33,795 nt of DNA. Source: Macrostomum lignano. Taxonomy: Eukaryota. Below are positions 22,126-31,659 of this stretch, piece after piece; position 1 is the first letter of the stretch, and each line of letters starts with the position of its first letter. Both the position numbers and the translations under genes were made by a program. The DNA lies in contig NIVC01004836.1 of the NCBI GenBank assembly GCA_002269645.1, positions 1 through 33,795 of the forward strand, given 5' to 3'. The notes beneath the pieces are model-generated. The model ran no database searches. It saw only the letters and a program-made list of their open reading frames with translations, and was not told where the DNA came from.

Positions 22126-22391
22126 GAGTTCCTGCTAAAGCTGCCTGTCATGTACATTTTCAATAATGCTGGCTTATGTACAATACGGTTGATCTCATAG
22201 CGCGTTGTTTACGTCTGCAAAACTCCAAACTGGTTTTCTGTTCATAAAATAGCTTATGCATTCTTCCTTGCTACTGAACTGAAAGTAGAGAAACACACTT
22301 TTTCGAGCCAATGTTACATAGACGGCCCATCTAGTTTGTGAATAGCTTCTGAAATATTCATCTCTCATTACTGTAAATTGTGCTGTGCAGT

Positions 22392-23736
22392 TCACGTTAG
22401 TGGCGGCAGTTGCTTTACAGCCGCCGTCCTCTTGATGGGGCCTCGCTTCGGGTCGATGACACGCTGATCTGGTGGAATATTTCTGTAAAGTGAAAAGTCA
22501 AGAGAAAAAATACACTAAAAGGATAGAACAATTGAAATTTCGCCGGAACTTTGCCTTGTCTCTGTATGTTGGCGAAGATCATGATTACATCAGAAAAAAG
22601 CTTGATAAAACTTGTGAATGCACCTCAAAAAAATCTTAATTGTTGCTTCATTTGAAATAATGAAGTCCTGAAAGTAGAGTCGTGGTAAGGTACATCGAGA
22701 TCGAGATCTTTTGAATGAACCCCAGGATGCTTCGATCAAGATCAAGGGTAATCGTCGCTGCACTTACTTGAGCGAAATACCGTGCCTCTTTCCCTGGTAA
22801 GCCGATTCGCGATTGACCAAGTCAGCCGAAAAGTTCGCAGCGTCTGCTGGCTGCACGGACAGTCGCAGGGCGTTGAGCTGCGCGCTTACAGAGCTGGCGT
22901 TCTGTTGAACCGCCTTTCGCTCCTCGTTGGCCTTGTGATATGCCTGATAGTAGCATGTAGCGGGTTTTGGTAGACTTAATGTACTTTATGGACGTTTCAA
23001 GATTTTTGGACAAATTCAAATCGAAGGGCTGGAATTGAGAGCCAATTGACATCAATCGGCTGGAATTTAGAGCCTATTAACATCAAGCGGCTGGAAAGTA
23101 AGAGTGAATTGACATTTAAGAATGCAATTAGATTTCGAGAGACGGGACTTTATACAAGTATATACAGTACTTGTATGTAAATATAGCTTTGTAGCTTTTT
23201 TTATAGAGTGTTATAAATTTTTACCTTGGCTTCTTGTTCGATTCGCAGCTCAATGTCAAACAACTGATTCATCAAAGCTCGCTTCTCAGCCTCCAAAGCG
23301 GAAAGAAGGCCGCTTGAAGCGTCATCGCCGAACTCCCCTGGTGGCGCGTTTGCTTTCGAGCTTTTCTTATCTAGAAAGTCGGGGAAAGCTTGCTTAATTT
23401 TATTGGCTTCAGTTTATTTGCTTAAGTTTATTCGATTTAAACTATCCTGACTCGACTCACATGATTGCGACTTGCTTGCTGCAGTGGCCACCTTGGCTTG
23501 TAGCGTAGCCGTCTGCTTTCTTAGTTGTTCATTCATTTCCTGCTGAATTTCGTAGCGCGTCTTCCATTCGCTGTCTGCAAATCGAGTTGAATAAGTACGA
23601 ACATGAAGCAATCATTAAAAAGTAAAAGTAAACCATATTTACTCCACTTTGAACTTCGAGGCTTACTTTGCTCATCACTATTTTGCCTTTGCTCTTCTAG
23701 CTCGGAAATCGCAATATCAAGCTCGTCGCAGTAATT
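22392..23736 (-). CDS. CCDC169: CCDC169-family coiled-coil protein. Exons: ~23736-23667, 23574-23461, 23370-23225, 22943-22768, 22482-22392; 5' end unresolved
   Basis: Spliced translation: ...DELDIAISELEEQRQNSDEQNSEWKTRYEIQQEMNEQLRKQ...LEAEKRALMNQLFDIELRIEQEAKAYHKANEERK...NIPPDQRVIDPKRGPIKRTAAVKQLPPLT*. All four introns are GT-AG with matching phases. EWKTRYE and EQE.KAY..N.ER are CCDC169 motifs. Confidence 0.85.
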
Positions 23737-24622
23737 TTAAAGAGTGTCTCTGCAATTTTTGTGCACAAAAATTATCGTTGGGCTGTTTTTATGAAAAATG
23801 CCTGGATTGTCGAGGAGGTTTCTGTTCTGTAGCCATTAATTTTGCATTTGATACAGAACACAAATGGATTACACAGGCGAAAAAATGCAAACTTACTTGT
23901 ACTTTTTTTCTTGGGAAACAATAGACCGCAATTGATCTATTTCAAAATTTTCCGAAAACATAGCGCAGTCCCAGTACGTCAAGTTAAAACTAATACCAAA
24001 CCAAAGTAGCTAGCTTTAAAAAGAATATTTACTATCAAGTTGATTTTATGCACCACACTATAAGATCAACTTTTAAATTCCACTTTTTAAATATAAAATC
24101 TTTCTTATATGTTTTATGCAGCAGTTTTTTGACAAAATTCAGCTACAAACTAGTCTACTTAAAAAATAATATTTAAACTTTTGATTTAGTACGTAAAAAT
24201 TTTTAAACTCGTTGAATCTTCCGCGAAATATACAAGAAACGAAACTGAAACTCCTTTAAATACACCTGTTTCGTATGGTATGTTGAAGTTTAACATGATA
24301 TATTCTACAATTACACAAATTTTTACAAATACATTACCGTGTCTAACATTCTTCAATGTGGTTAATCCATTCTTTTTTCAAATCACTCAGTTTATTCATA
24401 GGATTTTCATTATACACTCTATTTCATTTTGTTTAATAAAGAATTATTATTCAAAGAACCATTGCATTTACTAGATGAAAACTATACGTGCGTATGGATT
24501 CCAGTTTTTTATTTTACTGTCCCAATACTTCTCTAAATTTTGAAAGAAATTTAAACCAGGATTTCTGATGTAGGGATAAAATTTCATTTAATAATAGCAT
24601 CTAGCCATATATTCTTTAATAG

Positions 24623-24668
24623 CAGGTGTGGACCTGGGGAGGGTCAAGGAGGCTATGACTCCCCTCAG
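24623..24668 (+). mobile_element. Possible transposon end (CAGGTGTGGACCTGGGGGAGGGTCAAGGAGG...CCCCT)
   Basis: Resembles the CAGG...GGGGG...CCCC terminus style of non-autonomous hAT elements. No partner found. Confidence 0.25.
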
Positions 24669-24715
24669 CTAGTGGCCAAAAAATGGGCCATACTTTTTTA
24701 TAACTATGCATCTTA

Positions 24716-25271
24716 GGCAATCCTACACTTCCATTCGGTAAACTATTTTAACATTTGAATTTGTACCACCAAGTCAAATGATGTTGATTGGCAATGTGTC
24801 TATGGCCAAAAGTTTGAGCGAACAGAGTTTAAGGGGGTGTCAGTTTAAAGAAAGCTGTTTCTTGTGAGCTGCTTGTTTTTTGAGCTTCAATTTCTCATAT
24901 CTTCCTGTCTTCAGTGCCATGGCTGGGCGACCTGCAGCACCCGGGTTCATCATCCTGTTAAATGAGGTTCGAAACACTGCCAAGCTACTCAATCTCAACA
25001 TGTTGCTACGGGATCTGCACATCATCACCCAGGACATGCTGTTTGCAATGCAGTGGGGCTATTGTCCATTTGGGGCTATCCTGTACTAGATTGGACATTA
25101 CAATCCATTGTAGACACCTTAATGACCTATAGATACTCTAAGTGACTATGCGCTCTAACAGACTGCTACCATGTTCCACTGTTTCAGTTTTGTTTGGTTA
25201 CATTGTTATTTAACATGCCTGTTCAAAATTCAGTGTCAAAATAATTTACCAAACGGAAGTGTAGGATTGCC
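24716..25271. mobile_element. 556-bp element bounded by ~46-bp inverted repeats (GGCAATCCTACACTTCC...)
   Basis: 24716-24762 is the reverse complement of 25226-25271; the outer 17 bp match perfectly. No matching TSD seen. Confidence 0.7.
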
Positions 25272-25737
25272 ACATCTTGCATATAGATTTTCTAATATTT
25301 TCTTGTAGTTGCTTGATATAGCTTGCTTTTTAGAAATTATGACTATTTAGATTTCTATTAGTAGTAGGCCCTACTATTGTATTAGAATAATAGGGCATAT
25401 AATATATGCTAATATTAAAAATTATCAGATGGGATACTTTATTTTCTAAGTAAATACTTTATATATGCTATAAATATAAAATATTTTTAATACCACTTAT
25501 AAACTTATTATTATAAACTAAAATATACAGTTTTAATATTAAAATTTATTGAAAACTTATCTAATAAATTTAGTTATCCTTAGTATTGAAGTCTAGGTTA
25601 ATATAAAAATTAGAAATCTTTTTAAGTTTTTAATATCAATGACTCTAGCTAATAGGTTATATATCTAAGCGAAGTTGTTTTCCTTGTAGCTAGTACAAGA
25701 AGTACTACTGCTAATGTTATATAAGTACCTTATTAAT

Positions 25738-25909
25738 CATGCTTGGGCGCAACCTTGGGATTCACCCGGCCGTTTCTATTGGCAACACATGCATGTAAGT
25801 CGCTATTGGCTGAGAGCAGTCACGTGACTACTGTTCTGTCCAATAGCGACTTACATGCGTGTGTTGCCAATAGAAACGGCCGAGTGAATCCCAAAGTTGC
25901 GCATGTATG
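25738..25909. mobile_element. 172-bp palindromic MITE-like element with 8-bp TSD TTATTAAT
   Basis: 63-bp arms at 25747-25809 and 25840-25902 with 3 mismatches. TTATTAAT flanks at 25730-25737 and 25910-25917. Confidence 0.85.
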
Positions 25910-26373
25910 TTATTAATAGGGATATGTATGTACTTGGCATTTTGTTGATTGCTTTTTGCTGATACCAGCACTTTGGACATTGCTAACAGTGGCTTAAATT
26001 TGTGCCTAGACCCTAAAATGCATTGTGTACCTCTTTTGACATGCTTGACTAGCTAATAATATAATTTTTTGTTATTGATTATTATTAAAATAAAGAATTT
26101 TTGTTTAGATTTAACTTGATACATAATTTATGTTAAAAGTAAATTAATGTTTACTCATATGCATCATATTATTATTCTAGATTTGAGCAACTTTCCTAAA
26201 TATCATATTGTTACATTGCTGCTTTGGTCATGGCATACATAGCTAAGAAAGTTTTATATAATATTTAATAATATAAAGACAAAGAATCTTATGCCAATGT
26301 AGCTTTAAACAAGCAAATCATTTTTGTTTTAATTTTTTAAAAAGCATCTAAACATTTTTCCCAACTTTCTTGC

Positions 26374-26973
26374 ATGCTGAGTAGCAGCATCACCAGTGTG
26401 TGCGTGGCATCCTCTGATTTGCCCGCCTGCCAAGCAATCGGCCAATGGGACACCAAAGTCATCATGGCTGTCTGCAGGCCACGCCACCAACTACAGCAGC
26501 CTCGCCATCTCCTTCTGGTCGCCTTTGATCAGCACGCGGTGCACGAGCGCGTGCTCCTGGAGCACCTCGCCAAGCGTTGGTCTCGACATCCGCGCCGGCG
26601 CCAGTGCAGTCGCGCCAGGCTGCAGAGCGCCAGCTGCCGCGCCGCCATCCGATTCGGCGACATTCTTCGCCGTCGAGAATGCGCCGAACTGCTCAGCTTG
26701 CTGCGCCACTGCTCGGCGCCATTTCAGTGCGCGCACGGTAGGCAGGCTGTCTGGCCGATTGCCCGGCTCAACCCGTTGATCGATGAGGGAAAGGGCGACG
26801 CGGCTGACTACATTTTGGAGGCGTTGCGCTCTGCCGTCCCGACGCCCGCGCCCATTTCCGATTCAGTTTCGGGTCCGTCATCTGAGCAGCGCGCATTTTC
26901 GTCAACATTTCTATCTGACAGAGAGTTGCCATCGTTGGCTGTTGATTTCAAAGTTTGCTCGGACATTTTTTAA
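26374..26973 (+). CDS. MLH3: MLH3-type MutL C-terminal (endonuclease/dimerisation) domain, internally shortened; no ATPase domain in the window
   Basis: AIGQWDTKVI, AFDQHAVHERVLLE (DQHAx2Ex4E), SCRAAIRFGDIL and PFQCAHGR. AIxFGD and CAHGR indicate MLH3 rather than PMS2. True 5' boundary unknown. Confidence 0.8.
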   Translation: MLSSSITSVCVASSDLPACQAIGQWDTKVIMAVCRPRHQLQQPRHLLLVAFDQHAVHERVLLEHLAKRWSRHPRRRQCSRARLQSASCRAAIRFGDILRRRECAELLSLLRHCSAPFQCAHGRQAVWPIARLNPLIDEGKGDAADYILEALRSAVPTPAPISDSVSGPSSEQRAFSSTFLSDRELPSLAVDFKVCSDIF

Positions 26974-27462
26974 ATTGATTAAAGACATTTTTATTAGTTG
27001 GATTTTTTAGATTAAAATTGCAATTAGAGCATTGTCTTGTCCTTTGTTGTCCTGCTAATTTTGACTATCTAGTGTATCTTAGAATTGGAACTTTTTGTTG
27101 CCTTTCAACTAATTTTAGAAGTTTTGAGTTAGTTTTTGATTAGACTGTTTGCCTTTGTGTCTCAATTTACTGACTACTGTTTACTGGAAAAATAAATCAG
27201 AGCAACAAGCAGCTGAGCCATTTTTTAACCTCTTCAACTGGAGAGGCTGAGAATTATTTATTTTTTTACTTTTATTTTTTGAAGCAATAGAAAATTAATT
27301 AAGTGAATGATCTATTGAATGAGCTTTCGTTTTAGAGCTAGTGGCATTTGTTTGTTACTTCTATTGTGGATAGTCTCTGACTCTTACTATAGATTCCCAA
27401 ACGAATGAAATTTATAAAGACAGTTCAAGAAGCTTATACAGTCTTTCGTCAAGTAGATCTCC

Positions 27463-29035
27463 TTAATCAACAATGCTAGGATTCGAGCAGGCGACATCTT
27501 CCGAGTTGGGATAGCCGTGATAGAAGATGTTCCACAGTATGCCGAACAGAATGAGCACAGAGGCGGCCACGATGGCTACGATGGACACCACGCCCTCCCA
27601 GGGCTTCTTGTCGATGTTGCGTAGCACAGGTGTGCCAACCAGCAGTCCAGCCAGCATGCCGCCAACATGAGCTGAGACGCTCATCGGCACCTTGAGCGTC
27701 AGAGCGTAGCGTCTGTAGGCTGCTACGCCAAAGTCTACGCCAACAAATAGTGTCAGGTAGACTAGCGTCATAACTCCGCTGAGCAGGAATTTCAACGGGT
27801 TGCTGCGGCACTTCAGCCAGTCGCTTTGCAGTTCCTCCCAGTTCATCAGCACCGTGGCGTAGTGGGCACCAATCAGAGAGTAGACTCCGCCGGATGCGCC
27901 AACCATAGCCGTCTTGGGATCGATGATGCTGCTGGCCAGGGCGCCGGCGAATACGCCGATTAAGAATACCGGGCCAACGCGCCAGATTTTGTGCACAGTC
28001 TCCAGTGGTACACCGAGAATGAGGCCGAGAACAGTGTTGAATACGATGTGATGGTAGCCGTCGTGCAGCAACATGTAGCTGATAAAGCGCCAAGCCTGCT
28101 GACGGACGCTTGGGCAGAACACTAACGGACTGTAGTAGGGCAGGCCACTCTCCCAGCTGACGTGGTTCCAGTCTGGTCCGCGTTCAGCTCTACAGCGTAG
28201 ATGATGAAGAAGATCCAGATGATCACGAACAGCAGAGGCATGAATATAGGCGGCGGTCTGCAGTTGTAGGCCTCCAGGTAGGACTCCTCCGGGATTGGTT
28301 CGCCTTCGTTTGCCGCTTCCTTCTTTGTTTCGCGAACCTTTCGCTTAGCGGCGGGCGTCAGCTTCTTAATGACCTTGTTAACTACTTTTTCGCTTTTTTT
28401 CACCTCGGTCTTTTTTGTATACTTCATGCCGTTGTAGAATTCGTTCCAGGACACCCGGCGATTGCCGTCCTTGTCCAGCTGTTTAAATAGGCATTTCAGC
28501 TTGTACTTGCGACCGAGCTCGTTCTCGTACTGTTTGATCAGGGCATCAAAATCTTCGATTAGCATGCCGCCCTGCGGTTCAAATGGTTCGAAGTGATGCT
28601 TGAAGGTTACTGTTAGCCATGCCCGGTAGCTCTCTTCGTCTACTCCACTTTGCTGCTGCTGTTCCTGCAGCTGCACGTAGGGGGACCGCCGCCGCGGGAG
28701 CTGCCACCGCCCGGCTTGCGACTGCCGCCGCTGCCGCTTCCAGTGGTGCTGATTGTGACGCTGGCTGCTGGCGCGCGGCGTTGCGGCTGCTGCTGCTGTT
28801 GCTCCATCGGGATGTCCATGCCCGGATCAAAGGTGCCGTACTGTTGCTGCTGCTGCATCATGTCGGATTCTTCTTCTTTCTGCTGCTGCTGCTGCCGCTG
28901 GGGCTGCTGTCGTTGGGGCTGCTGTGGCTGCTGTTGCACCTGCTGCGTCATGTCGGGTTCCTCCTGCTGCTGTTCCTGGCCATAGTCGAAAGTGGCTCGG
29001 GCTCGACTAGGCTGTTGCTGTCGCTGCTGTTCCAT
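27463..29035 (-). CDS. Intronless rhomboid serine protease (RHBDL1/RHBDL3-like) with EF-hand and Gln-rich N-terminus; two apparent -1 frameshifts
   Basis: Three overlapping ORFs join into one protein: poly-Q start (29035), EF loop DKDGNRRVSWNE, CRPPPIFM TM1, then SPLVFCPSVRQQAWRF, HIVFN, catalytic GASGG and AHVGG. Confidence 0.9.
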
Positions 29036-30313
29036 TTAGTTGCAACTTGTCTTCACGACAATGCTACCGCGTTGCTTGGCCTTGTAGTTTGAATGTTTGG
29101 CTCAATCTGGTTGGGTATTATTATTGTATTTGGGCTCCGCTGTGAAAGCGACCGAAACGGGAATGAAGAAGACTGGAGAGAGACTCGCAAAATTTTGGCT
29201 GCTACTTTCTTTATACCTCTCTTTTCTTCATTCTTTAAGGGCGCGCACTCTGCATTCTGAGCTGCCTCTGCGGCGTGTTCCGCGTGTTCGATGGCCGATG
29301 CTTGGGTTGGCTTGGAGCCTGAGAAGGATTGTGGCGGGTCGAGCTAATGTACGTTCGTATTGTGGTAGCAATGAATTCATTCTCTCTCTCTCTCCACATT
29401 GTTGCGACTTGGCTATTGTTGTTATTGTCCATTTGAAGCTGCACCGCTGCCACCTCCATTTTCGAGTTAGCTGGCTAATTTTCGTGATTGAGCACAGCTT
29501 TGTGCCTGGGGCACAAAACATTGATGCGGGTAAAGTAGGGCATTACCTCAGGGTAGAGTAGAGACTAAATTTTACAACACTATCCAAAAGCAAAATGGAT
29601 TGATGCGCGTGTCTTGCGCCACTGCAGCACGTGTTTTGTTGATTGTCCTACTTTTCAATTTTGCACCGACAGCTTATGGCTTATAGTCACAAACAGAAGT
29701 GTTCTATTCTGATGCTTTGAGTGAGCCTGCTCTATAGGCTCTATGAGAATGTTCATATAAATTTTTAGTGTAATGGATTTAGTGTGCTTTATATAATTGT
29801 AATGACAAGCAATACGTTAAGCCAGCATATAACTTTTTTAATTTTATTGAAAAATTCGAGCATTCAGTTTATAACTTTATGACGCAGCCAATCAGATTCA
29901 ACTAATTCTGCTTTCGTCTATGGTTAAAACACCGCCTAAGGTCTGTGGCACAGGCAGAGCATTGAATTCAAGACACGGAGCAGTTCAATTCAGACAAGTC
30001 ATGCCCGCCAGAGCTGGAGAGGCCACCAGACAAAATCAATCTACAGGATTGGCGTTCCATGACAATGCAGAGAATCGCTGAGTCAGGCGCGGCTGTCATC
30101 ACGGTTGACAAGAGTGCAGCAGCTGATTTACTCACACACTGCGCTTCCTGCTCCACTGTTTGGCCCGTGAAAACATCTGGTTGAGCACACATGTCGTCTG
30201 ACAGTTTAGTCACATTTGCAGTTGCAGACTTGTTTGCTTTCTGCCAACAGAATCCACAATTTTTGTCTAATGGCTTTAATTTCAAAATTTGAGCTCAACT
30301 ACTCGACGTCTAA

Positions 30314-30712
30314 AATTCAATGCTCTCCCGATACACGATTTTGGCCATAGAAAATCGTCGAAGTACGGGTTGGATATGGTTGGCCGTGTCTTGAATTCAA
30401 TGCTCTCCCCTTGTACGGTTTTGGCCATAGACAATCGTCGAAGCATGGGTTGAATATGGTTGGCCGTGTCTTGAATTCAATGCTCTCCCCTTGTACGGTT
30501 TTGGCCATAGACAATCGTCGAAGTACGGGTTGGATATGGTTGGCCGTGTCTTGAATTCAATGCTCTCCCCTTGTACGATTTTGGCCATAGACAATCGTCG
30601 AAGTACGGGTTGGATATGGTTGGCCGTGTCTTGAATTCAATGCTCTCCCCGTGTACGGTTTTGGCCATAGACAATCGTCGAAGTACGGGTTGGATATGGT
30701 TGGCCGTGTCTT
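30314..30712. repeat. 80-bp tandem repeat x5
   Basis: AATTCAATGCTCTCCC starts at 30314, 30394, 30474, 30554 and 30634. The ORFs here are artefacts. Confidence 0.96.
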
Positions 30713-30799
30713 ATATTAGGTGCTCAACTTCCTAAATAAAATTGATAATTCTGTTTTCCTAGTTTTAACAGCTAAGCAAAATTGTTGCATTGGCATGTC

Positions 30800-30862
30800 C
30801 CCCATAGCTTCACTGGGGGGGGGGGTATGTCCCCCTGCCCCCCCCCGGTGGCGACGCGCCTG
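30800..30862 (-). mobile_element. Probable non-autonomous hAT-like end (CAGGCGCGTCGCCACCGGGGGGGGGCAGGGGGACATACCCC)
   Basis: Terminus with G-run/C-run stem style. No partner or TSD confirmed. Confidence 0.35.
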
Positions 30863-31165
30863 TAAGAAATAGTTTTGTAGTTAGTCTTGAATACATAGTC
30901 ACTAGTGTTGTATTGCCCGTCATATTCTTTACATTAAAGCTTAAGTTTTTGTCCAAAAACACATTTTCATGTTAGTATTGCTTCAGCTTTTTAATAATTC
31001 CTGAATCTCTTATAGTGTCTACTAGTAGCATATAGTAGCATTTATCGCGTTGTGCGCTAGAAATTTATCTATTTTAGTTTATTAGGTATTTCTATTTTTC
31101 TTGTGTCTGCAAGCACGCCCACAGAATCTCAAGCTTTTCTGTTCTGCCTGTCCTTTTTGAATTCG

Positions 31166-31243
31166 CTCGAAGAATGCGAATGCATGCGAGATAGGGGGGG
31201 GGGACTCGAAGAATGCGAATGCATGCGAGATAGGGGGGGGGGG
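31166..31243. repeat. 39-bp tandem duplication ending in poly-G
   Basis: CTCGAAGAATGCGAATGCATGCGAGATAGGGG starts at 31166 and 31205. Confidence 0.9.
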
Positions 31244-31659
31244 AGGAGATGGTGGTGGAAGAGGCTGCATGGTCGAACTCAATTGATGATGCTGTGCAGT
31301 TGAATGAGTTTGAGTTATTCGTCTTTTATCTGCATTGTTTAGTTTAGCTCACGCACTGCTTCTCTGTCCAATCTCTCTATTCTATTCTCGTCTCATCTCA
31401 TCACCCTGGCCAGGCTCGCCGCACACTCGCGCGGGCACACCCTGTCCTCCATTGTGCGCGAAAATATTTACTTGCCGCCGACGTAAGGGGCCAACGCCCC
31501 AAAAGGTACCAGCAGTCTTTTTATTAGCCTTCCATCTTTATCTAAATCCGTATTTTACAGGCTTTGGGCTTAACTTCAACCAGTATTTTCAGTTTTTTTT
31601 AACTAAAATAATTATTAATTGTTGAATTACTTCAGCGCGTCAGGAAGCAAATTTGTTCA

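Noticed and set aside
28670-28690. Programmed -1 ribosomal frameshifting in the rhomboid
   Set aside because: No canonical slippery heptamer; a homopolymer-length error is more parsimonious.
30314-30712. CRISPR-like appearance of the 80-bp and 34-bp arrays
   Set aside because: There are no unique spacers, units are near-identical end to end, there are no cas genes, and the context is eukaryotic.
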